The translations under genes were made by a program, and so were the position numbers. Below the pieces are notes generated by a model. The model ran no database searches, was not told the DNA's origin, and was given only the letters and a program-made list of their open reading frames with translations. Of a stretch of DNA of 64,000 nucleotides, positions 36,340 to 45,373 are shown one piece after another (position 1 is the first letter of the stretch; every line of letters starts with the position of its first letter). The DNA is from an uncultured Planctomycetota bacterium (GTDB lineage: Bacteria > Planctomycetota > CAZGEP01): the NCBI GenBank assembly GCA_964524955.1, contig CAZGEP010000002.1, positions 5,591 through 69,590 of the forward strand, read 5' to 3'.

Positions 36340-38844
36340 TCACTCGGGTTTTTTCTTCAGCTCTTCGACCTGCTTCATGTCCACACCCATCTCGCGGACA
36401 AACAATTTCAGGGAGTCTTTAACGCCTTTTTTCCGCTCATCAAGAAATGTTTTATACGCCAGAAATGCGGTATTTGCACCCAAGTCTTTCCAGGAATAAC
36501 TTTTAGAAAATTTCTCTTCATACAAATCAATCTTGTATTTAATTTCCACTCTCTCCGGGCCGACCCTTCCATACGTACCGCGTCTCATTTTCTTGTATAC
36601 TTCCATGGCAAATTGAGTGGAAACGCTCTGTTTTGATGTCTTCGCTGCCGCTTCTTTCACCACCATGGCGTGAAGTTCCTTGAGCCGGGTGATCTCCGCA
36701 GCCTTGACCTTGATTTTCTGCTCCCATGGCGTACCCATGAATTCAACCACCTTGGTCTTCAGAAGAGAGCCTGCATCCTCAAACCGAAACCGTTGTGTAA
36801 ATCCCCGGGCTTTTTGTACCAAAGACTCATACTCTTTGGTTAAAATCTTACGCATGGCATCCGCTTTTTCCCTGGCCTTTTTTGTATAATCGGAAAATCC
36901 CTTCATCATATCGGCCACATCCATATACGCTTTCAGAGCGCCGGCAGTATCCTTTTCCTTTTCATAGCGATCCGCCTTCGCCATGGCTTCTTTGTAATGC
37001 GTTTCCACCTGCGTCATAATTTTCTGGATCTTTTCGTCCGCTTTGGTTTTCCACTCTTCTTCGGAAACATCCCCCTTGAACTGCTCATATACATCACAGG
37101 CAACTTTGTATTTACCTCTGAGTAAATGCTTGGATGCTTGTTCATCCATTGCATTGAACTTATCCTCCACTGCCTTATCTTTAATCGCCTTATTTACCTG
37201 AGCGATTTTCTTTCGGGCGCTGGCTGCCAGAGGAATATCCGGATATTTTCCAATAAAATCCGCCCATTTCTGCTTGTGCACCGTCAGATCTGTCGGGTTG
37301 GTACCGCAAAATCGCTGAATTTCATCATATTCATTTTGTGCCACTTCCAGCCTGCGGTCATTCTTTTTGTCCTCAATCAGCCGTTTCAATTCAGCAATTT
37401 TCGCGTCCACCCGCTCAATTCCGGAATGATTCGGATAGTTGGCCTTGATCTCTCTGTATCCCTCCAGTGCGGCTTGAAAATCCCCCTGCTTCTCAAACGT
37501 GCTGCATTTTTCAATCAATCCTTCGATGTCGGAAGGTCCGCCTTTTTTGCCGTTATCCTCTTCATTCTCAATAATTACAGAGGAACCGTTATCCTCCGAA
37601 TTCAGGCGTGATCGCACAATGTGAGTAACCAGCGCTCCCACACCCAGAATCGCTGTACCCAGAATCAGCACCAGAATAATATAATGCTTGGGCTGATGGA
37701 GAATTGTAACCTCTGTATGGCGGAGCCGGGTCTGAAGCTCCTCTCGGATCTCCTCAAGCTTTGTCAGCAGTTCGCCCGCACTGGCCGGACGTTTTTCCGG
37801 ATCCTTGGCAAGCATGGCAGCAACAAGATCCGACAACTCTTCCGAAAGATCGCTCTTCACAGCCTTAAGTTCCGGTGCCTTGGTGTAGAGATGCTGCTGA
37901 AGAATTTCCTTGGACGTCTTTCCCTTGAACGGGGTGTGTCCGGTCAGCATATGAAACATGGTCGCGCCCAGGGAATAGATATCCGAACGCCCGTCCAACG
38001 CTTCGCCCCGGGCCTGCTCCGGCGAAATATAATGGGGCGTTCCCACGACCCGACCGGTCTCGGCGCTGTCGTCCTTGTCCTTGAGACTTTTGGAAATACC
38101 CAGGTCCACCAGCTTGACCTGTCCTTCATTATCAATAATCAGGTTATCCGGCTTCATATCGCGGTGAATCAATTTGTTCTGGTGCACGTAATCCAATGCA
38201 GAGCATGCCTGAATAACAATATCCAGGGTCCGCTGAGGAGAAATCACCTTATCCTTTTCCAGGAGTTCCTTTACCGAATGCCCCTCAACATATTCCATGG
38301 CAAAATACAGAATTTCGCCTTCCTTGTCCACATCATGTACCTGAACCAGGTTGGGATGGTTGAGCTTGCCTGCAGACCGCGCTTCGCGGATAAAATTATT
38401 CTTGAACGCGTCGTCGTTAGACAGTTTGGGCGACAGCGTCTTGATGGCCACCATTCTATCCAAGGATATCTGCCTGCCTTTATAGACCTTGCCCATACCG
38501 CCGGTAGCCACATGCTCGAGGATTTCATATCCCCGCAGCTGAAACGTGATGGCTTCTCTAGAGCGCTCGTAAAGAATCTCCGTATCCCCGATGCCGATGA
38601 CATCCCCGACAGAAAGACGCTGATCCTTGATCAACCTTCCATTGACCCGGGTTCCGTTGCGGCTGTCCATATCCTTTACATAATAATGGCCCTCGCGGTA
38701 ATACACCTGTGCGTGGCTTCTGGAAGATTTGGGATCTTCGATATGAATATCATCCGCGCTTTTTCTGCCGATAACGATACTCTTTTTCTCAAGCTCCATC
38801 TCGCGCAGAATTACACCTTGACTTTTTACAATCAGTTTTGCCAT
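36340..38844 (-). CDS. FHA-domain Ser/Thr protein kinase with one TM helix and a roughly 430-aa helical outer region
   Basis: FHA motif (GRKSADDIHIEDPKSSRSHAQV...NGTRVNG). Hanks kinase motifs (GGMGKVYKG, HRDMKPDNLII, DLGIS, GTPHYISPE). TM segment IILVLILGTAILGVGALVTHIV. Lys/Glu-rich TPR-like tail. Confidence 0.85.
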   Translation of the reverse strand: MAKLIVKSQGVILREMELEKKSIVIGRKSADDIHIEDPKSSRSHAQVYYREGHYYVKDMDSRNGTRVNGRLIKDQRLSVGDVIGIGDTEILYERSREAITFQLRGYEILEHVATGGMGKVYKGRQISLDRMVAIKTLSPKLSNDDAFKNNFIREARSAGKLNHPNLVQVHDVDKEGEILYFAMEYVEGHSVKELLEKDKVISPQRTLDIVIQACSALDYVHQNKLIHRDMKPDNLIIDNEGQVKLVDLGISKSLKDKDDSAETGRVVGTPHYISPEQARGEALDGRSDIYSLGATMFHMLTGHTPFKGKTSKEILQQHLYTKAPELKAVKSDLSEELSDLVAAMLAKDPEKRPASAGELLTKLEEIREELQTRLRHTEVTILHQPKHYIILVLILGTAILGVGALVTHIVRSRLNSEDNGSSVIIENEEDNGKKGGPSDIEGLIEKCSTFEKQGDFQAALEGYREIKANYPNHSGIERVDAKIAELKRLIEDKKNDRRLEVAQNEYDEIQRFCGTNPTDLTVHKQKWADFIGKYPDIPLAASARKKIAQVNKAIKDKAVEDKFNAMDEQASKHLLRGKYKVACDVYEQFKGDVSEEEWKTKADEKIQKIMTQVETHYKEAMAKADRYEKEKDTAGALKAYMDVADMMKGFSDYTKKAREKADAMRKILTKEYESLVQKARGFTQRFRFEDAGSLLKTKVVEFMGTPWEQKIKVKAAEITRLKELHAMVVKEAAAKTSKQSVSTQFAMEVYKKMRRGTYGRVGPERVEIKYKIDLYEEKFSKSYSWKDLGANTAFLAYKTFLDERKKGVKDSLKLFVREMGVDMKQVEELKKKPE

Positions 38845-39015
38845 AAATCATCACCTTAAAACCCGTACATAAACATATTTATTTTAATTAAGATACATAC
38901 GGGTGTCAAGCGAATTAATTTTCGATAGGAATTTCCAACGGTTTTTTATTGATATCCAGTCCGGGATGTCTATAATTTTACAGTTTTTAAGGAACTTTCA
39001 CTACAGGCTGCTGCT

Positions 39016-41016
39016 GTGGAAAAACTGAACCTGGCATATCTGAATACAACGACAGAAGAAGAATCAAATTTCAATCCGCCTCACCTGAACATTAAAATGG
39101 TTTTGGCGGACTCTCCGGAACTGCAAAAAACCATACGAAACATCCAGGATTACCTGCTTGACAGGCAGCTGCCCGACGGCGAATGGATGGCCCAACTCGA
39201 AGCCAATGCATTCCTCAACGCCGAATACATCATGCTCATGCACTTTCTGGAAGAAGTAAACAAAGACGAGCAGCGGCGAATGACCGACTACATCATAAAT
39301 ACACAGCTTCCGGAAGGCGGGTGGGCCATCTATTACGGAGGCCCCCCTCATCTAAGCACCTCGGTGGAAGCGTATTTCAGTCTCAAACTCGCTGGAATCG
39401 ATCCGGACCGTCCCGAAATGAAACTGGCCCGGAAAATGATCCTCAGTCTGGGTGGTGCGGCCCAATGCCAGGTCATCACCCGGATTAACCTGGCGCTTTT
39501 CGGCCAGTATGACTGGGAAGGAACGCCCCGGATGCCCATTGAGCTGATGTTCATGCCAAGGGTTTCGCCCATCAACATCTACGAGATGTCCTGCTGGGCC
39601 CGGACCTGCGTGGTACCGCTTTTGATCCTCTGCACGCTTCGGCCCCGCTGCAAAATCCCCCCGGAAAAGGGCATTCGCGAACTCTACCTCAAACCGCCGT
39701 CCAGGAGCGATTATTCCCTGGACAGCGATATCAAGCTGTTTTCATGGAAAAATCTTTTCAAAAAAGCCGACGGCCTGCTGAAATTCTATGAAAAAAGCCC
39801 GGTTAAAATGCCCCGCAAGACTGCGCTGCGCATGGCAAAAAAATGGATTATCGACCATCAGGACAAAAGCGGTGACTGGTGCGGCATTTATCCGGCCATG
39901 GCCTACTCCGTGATGGCGCTTAAATCCATGGGCCATAAAAACACCTTTCAGCCCATCCGAAAAGGCATGGAAGCCATCCGGCGCTTTCACCTTGAAAAAA
40001 AAGAAGGGCTCTACCAGCAGTCCTGCATCTCACCGGTGTGGGACACGGCCTGGGCTGCCATGGCGCTCTCTGAATCCGGCGTCAGCTCTGATGATCCGGC
40101 ACAGAAACGGGCACACGACTGGCTGTACCGGATGCAGATCGATCGGCCCGGTGACTGGGCGGTCAAAAACCCGCTCACCGAACCCGGGGGCTGGGCCTTT
40201 GAATACCACAATGACTTCTACCCGGACAATGACGACACGGCCGTGGTACTGATGGCCCTGCTTTATTCCGACCTGAGCCATCCCGAGAACAGGGAGAAAT
40301 TCGAACGCGGCCTTCGCTGGGTGCTGTCCATGCAGAACGATGATTTCGGGTGGGGGGCATTTGAACGAAATATCGATAACAAACTCTTTAATGAAATCCC
40401 GTTTAATGATCAGCAAAACATGCTGGATCCGAGCACCGCGGATGTAACTGCCCGCGTCGTGGAAATGGCGGGCCGTACATCAAACATGATGGGCAGAGAT
40501 ATCATCCAGGCACCGTCTCTGCAGAGCGCCCTGGACTTTCTCTTCCGCGAACAGGAAACCTACGGCGCCTGGTTTGGCCGCTGGGGCGTGAATTACATCT
40601 ACGGCACCTGGTCCGTACACTGCGCGCTGGAAGCATCAGGCCGTTCCATGCACTCCCCGGCAATCCACCGAAGCGTTAAGTGGCTCAAGAGCATTCAGAA
40701 CCCGGACGGCGGGTGGGGGGAATCCTGCAAATCCTATGAAGATCCCTCCTGGATCGGTCGGGGTGAATCCTGCGCCTCACAGACCGCGTGGGCGGTCATG
40801 GCGCTGGTCTCCGCAGGAGAGGCCAAGAGCTTCAGTGTTCAGTCCGGAATCCGTTACCTGATCGACACGCAGTCCGAAGCGGGAAACTGGGAAGAAGAAC
40901 CGTTCACGGGAACCGGATTCCCGGGTTCGTTTTACATACGGTATCACATGTATCCGGAATATTTTCCGTTGCTGGCCCTGGCGCGATACAGAAAAGCGGT
41001 CCAGGCCGGCACGTAA
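39016..41016 (+). CDS. shc: squalene-hopene cyclase
   Basis: Catalytic DNDDTA (DxDDTA) at 40225-40242 and multiple QW repeats (QLPDGEW, QLPEGGW, QNDDFGWG, QNPDGGWGE, QSEAGNWEE). GTG start. Confidence 0.9.
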   Translation: MEKLNLAYLNTTTEEESNFNPPHLNIKMVLADSPELQKTIRNIQDYLLDRQLPDGEWMAQLEANAFLNAEYIMLMHFLEEVNKDEQRRMTDYIINTQLPEGGWAIYYGGPPHLSTSVEAYFSLKLAGIDPDRPEMKLARKMILSLGGAAQCQVITRINLALFGQYDWEGTPRMPIELMFMPRVSPINIYEMSCWARTCVVPLLILCTLRPRCKIPPEKGIRELYLKPPSRSDYSLDSDIKLFSWKNLFKKADGLLKFYEKSPVKMPRKTALRMAKKWIIDHQDKSGDWCGIYPAMAYSVMALKSMGHKNTFQPIRKGMEAIRRFHLEKKEGLYQQSCISPVWDTAWAAMALSESGVSSDDPAQKRAHDWLYRMQIDRPGDWAVKNPLTEPGGWAFEYHNDFYPDNDDTAVVLMALLYSDLSHPENREKFERGLRWVLSMQNDDFGWGAFERNIDNKLFNEIPFNDQQNMLDPSTADVTARVVEMAGRTSNMMGRDIIQAPSLQSALDFLFREQETYGAWFGRWGVNYIYGTWSVHCALEASGRSMHSPAIHRSVKWLKSIQNPDGGWGESCKSYEDPSWIGRGESCASQTAWAVMALVSAGEAKSFSVQSGIRYLIDTQSEAGNWEEEPFTGTGFPGSFYIRYHMYPEYFPLLALARYRKAVQAGT

Positions 41017-41041
41017 ACGATTAGCAGAAGGAAGGATTATT

Positions 41042-42136
41042 ATGAGTAAGATCAAGATTGCAATTATTGGTGCTGGTAACTGCACGAGTTCCCTGATTCA
41101 GGGAATTGAATATTATCGAAATATGGTTCCAGAAAATGCCGTGGGTCTCATGCATTTCAACCTGGGCGGGTACGTTCCAGGTGACATTGAATGTGTGGCA
41201 GCCTTTGATATCGACAAACGAAAAGTCGGACGCGACCTGAGCGAAGCCATCTTTGCTCCGCCCAACTGCACCACGGTCTTCTGCGGCGACATCCCCAAAA
41301 GCGGCGTGGAAGTTAAAATGGGACCGATCATGGACGGATATTCCGAGCACATGAAAAACTATCCCGACGAACAGACCTTTCTTCCCGCAGATGCCGACCC
41401 CGTGGACGTAGTCGAAGAAATCAAAAAATCCGGTGCCGAAATCCTGATCAACTACATGCCGGTGGGATCGGAAAAAGCGGTCAAATATTATGCCCAGTGC
41501 GCGCTGGACGCGGGGGTGGGCTTTGTCAACAACATGCCGGTATTCATTGCATCGGATGAGGCATGGGCACAAAAATTCATCGATGCTGGCCTTCCCATTG
41601 TCGGGGACGACATCAAGGCCCAGATCGGCGCGACCATTACCCACCGCGTTCTCACACGACTCTTTCAGGACCGGGGCGTAAAACTTGAGCGCACCTACCA
41701 GCTCAACACCGGCGGCAACACCGATTTTCTCAACATGAAAGAACACTCCCGGCTGGCGAGCAAGAAAATCTCCAAGACCGATTCCGTTCAGAGCCAGCTC
41801 GAAATCCCCATGCATGCCGACGATATTCATATTGGCCCCAGTGACTACGTACCGTGGCAGAAAGACAACAAAGTCTGCTTCATTCGCATGGAAGGCAAAA
41901 AATTCGGCGGCGTTCCCATCAACCTCGAACTCCGACTCTCCGTGGAAGACTCTCCAAACAGCGGTGGTGTGGCCATTGACGCGATTCGATGCTGCAAACT
42001 CGGACTCGAGCGCAAGATCGCCGGCCCCCTGACCTCAATTTCCTCCTATACCATGAAACATCCGCCCATCCAGTACACAGATTCTGAAGCGCGGGAAAAA
42101 GTTCTTCAATACATCAAAGGTGAAATCGGCGAATAA
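41042..42136 (+). CDS. myo-inositol-1-phosphate (inositol-3-phosphate) synthase, short bacterial/archaeal type
   Basis: IAIIGAGNCTSSLIQGIEYY, PVFIASD, GDDIKAQIGATITHRVL and SKKISKT closely follow the actinobacterial Ino1 pattern as I recall it. 364 aa. Confidence 0.8.
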   Translation: MSKIKIAIIGAGNCTSSLIQGIEYYRNMVPENAVGLMHFNLGGYVPGDIECVAAFDIDKRKVGRDLSEAIFAPPNCTTVFCGDIPKSGVEVKMGPIMDGYSEHMKNYPDEQTFLPADADPVDVVEEIKKSGAEILINYMPVGSEKAVKYYAQCALDAGVGFVNNMPVFIASDEAWAQKFIDAGLPIVGDDIKAQIGATITHRVLTRLFQDRGVKLERTYQLNTGGNTDFLNMKEHSRLASKKISKTDSVQSQLEIPMHADDIHIGPSDYVPWQKDNKVCFIRMEGKKFGGVPINLELRLSVEDSPNSGGVAIDAIRCCKLGLERKIAGPLTSISSYTMKHPPIQYTDSEAREKVLQYIKGEIGE

Positions 42137-42139
42137 AAA

Positions 42140-43681
42140 ATGGACACCATACTCATCCTCGACTACGGCTCTCAGTATAACCAGCTCATCGCGCGACGAG
42201 TGCGTGAACTCAACGTCTACAGCGAACTGCTGCCCTTTGACCTCTCCATTGAACAGATCCGGGAGATCTGCCCCAAAGGCATCATCCTCTCCGGCGGACC
42301 CAATTCCGTCTATGACAGGGACGCACCCGGACTCAACCCGGAGCTGCTCAAACTCGGCATTCCCGTGCTGGGCATCTGCTACGGCATGCAGGCTATGACC
42401 CATGCACTTGGCGGCAAAGTTCATCACAGCGACAAGCACGAATACGGTCACTGCGAACTCATTGCCGATGACTTCAGCGGAATATTCCGAGGAATCAAGC
42501 AGGGAGAAGCCGAACAAGTCTGGATGAGCCACGGAGACTCCATACAGGAACTGCCGGCTGGATTTCAGGCGGATGCCCATACATCCAATACCCCGACCGC
42601 TGCGTTCAGCTGCGCGGAGAAAAAACTCTACGGCCTTCAGTTTCACCCCGAAGTTGAACATACAACACACGGCCGTGAAATGCTCCAGACCTTTGTCCTG
42701 GACATCTGTGGCTGCGATGGCTTCTGGACCATGGAAAACTTCGCCGAACAGGCCGTCAACGATATCCGCAAGCAGGTAGGCAAAGAAAAAATTATCCTTG
42801 GCCTTTCCGGCGGTGTAGACTCCTCGGTTGCGGCCGCACTGCTGGCCCGTGCCGTGGGTAAACAACTCCTCTGCATCTTCATTGACAACGGTCTGCTCCG
42901 TAAAAACGAAGCCACAGAAGTAATCGAACTCTTCAAGTCAAACTTTGACATCGAAATCAAATCCATTGATGCGAGCGAGCGCTTTCTGACTGCGCTCAAA
43001 GGCACAACCGATCCGGAAGAAAAACGAAAAATCATTGGCCGTGAATTCATCAAAGAATTCGAACAAGCGGCCGGCGACCTGGGCAACGTCAAATACCTGG
43101 CCCAGGGAACCATCTACCCGGATCGGATCGAATCCAAGTCCACCAGGGGCGGACCGTCCGCCACCATCAAATCCCATCACAACGTGGGGGGATTGCCGGA
43201 AAAAATGAACCTGGGCCTGGTCGAACCGCTCAAAGACCTGTTCAAAGACGAAGTCCGCAAACTCGGCATCCAACTCGGACTGCCCGAATCTCACATCATG
43301 CGGCACCCCTTTCCCGGACCCGGGCTGGGCGTACGCATTCTGGGTGACATCACCCGCGAATCCTGCGACCTGTTGCGCGAAGCCGACCATATCTACATCC
43401 AGGAAATCCGCAACGCCGGCCTGTATGACAGCATATCCCAGGCATTCGTTGTGCTGCTGCCGTGCAAGAGCGTAGGCGTGATGGGCGATGCCCGGACCTA
43501 CGAACGTGTGGCCGTGCTTCGTGCCGTAACCACCACCGATTTCATGACCGCGGACTGGTCCCGGATTCCGGCCGATATTCTGGCCCGGATCTCCAACCGT
43601 ATCATCAATGAAGTTAAGGGTATCAACCGCGTGGCCTACGACATCAGCTCCAAACCGCCGGCCACCATTGAATGGGAATAG
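42140..43681 (+). CDS. guaA: GMP synthase (glutamine-hydrolysing)
   Basis: GATase region (GICYGMQ), PP-loop SGGVDSSV, and C-terminal KPPATIEWE. Confidence 0.95.
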   Translation: MDTILILDYGSQYNQLIARRVRELNVYSELLPFDLSIEQIREICPKGIILSGGPNSVYDRDAPGLNPELLKLGIPVLGICYGMQAMTHALGGKVHHSDKHEYGHCELIADDFSGIFRGIKQGEAEQVWMSHGDSIQELPAGFQADAHTSNTPTAAFSCAEKKLYGLQFHPEVEHTTHGREMLQTFVLDICGCDGFWTMENFAEQAVNDIRKQVGKEKIILGLSGGVDSSVAAALLARAVGKQLLCIFIDNGLLRKNEATEVIELFKSNFDIEIKSIDASERFLTALKGTTDPEEKRKIIGREFIKEFEQAAGDLGNVKYLAQGTIYPDRIESKSTRGGPSATIKSHHNVGGLPEKMNLGLVEPLKDLFKDEVRKLGIQLGLPESHIMRHPFPGPGLGVRILGDITRESCDLLREADHIYIQEIRNAGLYDSISQAFVVLLPCKSVGVMGDARTYERVAVLRAVTTTDFMTADWSRIPADILARISNRIINEVKGINRVAYDISSKPPATIEWE

Positions 43682-43775
43682 CACACCGAACTCTGTTATG
43701 ACTCCGACCCAGCGTGACGGCACCACCATCAACAATTATCCCGACTCCGAAACCGCGCTGCCTCAAACCAGATAG

Positions 43776-44355
43776 CCCGGCAAAACCGACTGGGAGTCTG
43801 CACAGTGGATTGGTCCCGGGTATCCTGTAAACGCAGAGATTACGCCACCGGACAAATGGATCGGGTTCATCGGCAGAAACCGGATGGCGTCCTTTGAGCA
43901 GACCCTTACCTGCCGTGCACAGGAGATTACTGATTGCCGGATCACTGCCTGTTTTGGCGAAAGCGGTGAAATCCGGATCAACAACATACACGTTGCCAGC
44001 ATCAACACCTGGAAAACCGGATTCAAGCAAATCACTGTCCAGCCCGACATGCTCCACTCCGGAGAAAACACCATACGCATTACAGTAAATGACAGAAAAA
44101 ATATCGCTGTATTCAATTTCGGCCTGCACATCTCATACGCAGACCAAACCGATCAGCAGATTATCTCGAACGAATCCTGGCGTTTTACTCCCATAATCAC
44201 AGCAAACGAACCCGGGCCTGCTGAACGACCAAACCAATGTGCTGGGCGTTCACCTGGGTAACGGCTGGTATGCAAACAACAGCGGTATCATCCGCTGGAC
44301 CGCCTATGGCCCCCCTGTCCTGATCGCCCGCCTGGGCAACCATCACTGTGAATGA
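43776..44355 (+). pseudogene. frameshifted, truncated remnant of a glycoside-hydrolase N-terminal region (GH78 alpha-L-rhamnosidase-like)
   Basis: The frame opens directly after a TAG with no start codon: KTDWESAQWIGPG...CRITACFGESGEIRINNIHVAS...LHSGENTIRITV. After a +1 shift near 44197-44215 it continues ...GLLNDQTNVLGVHLGNGWYANNSG... and stops at 44355. About 190 aa survive, against roughly 900 aa expected. Confidence 0.45.
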
Positions 44356-44474
44356 ACCTGCAGGCACGGCCATCACTTCTTTTATTTCGCTGTTATTCTT
44401 CTATATCCTTTCGAAAAATCAATACCCCCCGGGCAGAAGAACTGCCTGAAAGATAGAAAGCCTGCTCCCGGCAT

Positions 44475-45059
44475 TTATCCTGCCGGATCATACATAAAAG
44501 AAATGTTGTGTTCTTTCAGATAAGCACGGAATTCTTTGCTCGTAAGCTGAACATACAAATCCCTCTGCTGCTGCGTTTCAAAATAACATTTGCCCACAAT
44601 GTGAACCGTGTGTCTGTCTTTATGCGTTACAAAATACTGCTTGTCGGAAAAAGGCAAAACCTGGATGATATACGAAGGAACATCCTCATCCGCCTTTACG
44701 CCTGAACCCAGAATCAGATTTGTAAGATTTATTCGTCCAATGTGATACCGAACAGGATCGTTTCCGCACCAGTGATGAATTCGCAGCAAGCCGAATATTG
44801 ACCCGTCAGGACAAACTTCTACTCCGGTTTTCACTGCGTCGCACAAAATAACTGAATTGACCGGCACCCTGCATACGTACGGCACCCTTACCAGCCGTCC
44901 GTCTGCCATTACAAACCCTTTTTCGGTAATCTCTTTGACCTGGCATGGGTTATTAAGTTCTTCAACGATTCTCTTTGGAAAAAAGCTTCCGGTAAAGAGA
45001 AAAAAGCAAGCTGCTCCTGCCAGAATAAGGACTACACTCAAAAAGATTGTTTTCCGCAT
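44475..45059 (-). CDS. hypothetical N-terminally anchored Cys-containing protein
   Basis: 194-aa ORF with a TM/signal segment IFLSVVLILAGAACFFLF. Its start abuts the stop of the upstream gene. No motif recognised. Confidence 0.5.
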   Translation of the reverse strand: MRKTIFLSVVLILAGAACFFLFTGSFFPKRIVEELNNPCQVKEITEKGFVMADGRLVRVPYVCRVPVNSVILCDAVKTGVEVCPDGSIFGLLRIHHWCGNDPVRYHIGRINLTNLILGSGVKADEDVPSYIIQVLPFSDKQYFVTHKDRHTVHIVGKCYFETQQQRDLYVQLTSKEFRAYLKEHNISFMYDPAG

Positions 45060-45368
45060 TCAAATTTTATCCAAAAAAAGACTGCAAACAAATAAAACAG
45101 CTCCAATAAAATTAACCAGAAATATATGTACCTTTGAGTAGGCTCTTATTTCTTCAGCATCCTTATGGTCACCCAAAATCCTGTAACCGATTGCACCTGT
45201 GTTGTAGATAGAACCTATAAATATTACACCGCATTGAAAGATAAATGAATTCAAAACCAAATCATCACCTTCAGGCAATCCAGTGGCTTTACTCCTGATG
45301 TAAACATAGACTCCTGTAAGAAGAAGACCAAAAATAGTACCAAGGAATAATAGAATAACTCTCTTCAT
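45060..45368 (-). CDS. hypothetical small (102 aa) three-helix membrane protein
   Basis: Three hydrophobic segments. Tightly packed with the downstream ORF. Confidence 0.5.
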   Translation of the reverse strand: MKRVILLFLGTIFGLLLTGVYVYIRSKATGLPEGDDLVLNSFIFQCGVIFIGSIYNTGAIGYRILGDHKDAEEIRAYSKVHIFLVNFIGAVLFVCSLFLDKI

Positions 45369-45373
45369 ATCAG

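Noticed and set aside
37621-38859. 412-aa plus-strand ORF opposite the FHA-kinase gene. Similar cases are 27605-28561 (opposite the HEAT gene), 51589-52602 (opposite the kinase), 52997-53758 (opposite aspS), 61999-62955 (opposite gyrB) and 41021-41830, 42035-42865 and 42938-43735 (opposite ino1/guaA)
   Set aside because: Each overlaps a gene with unambiguous catalytic motifs on the other strand and has no recognisable motif of its own. They were treated as antisense artefacts.
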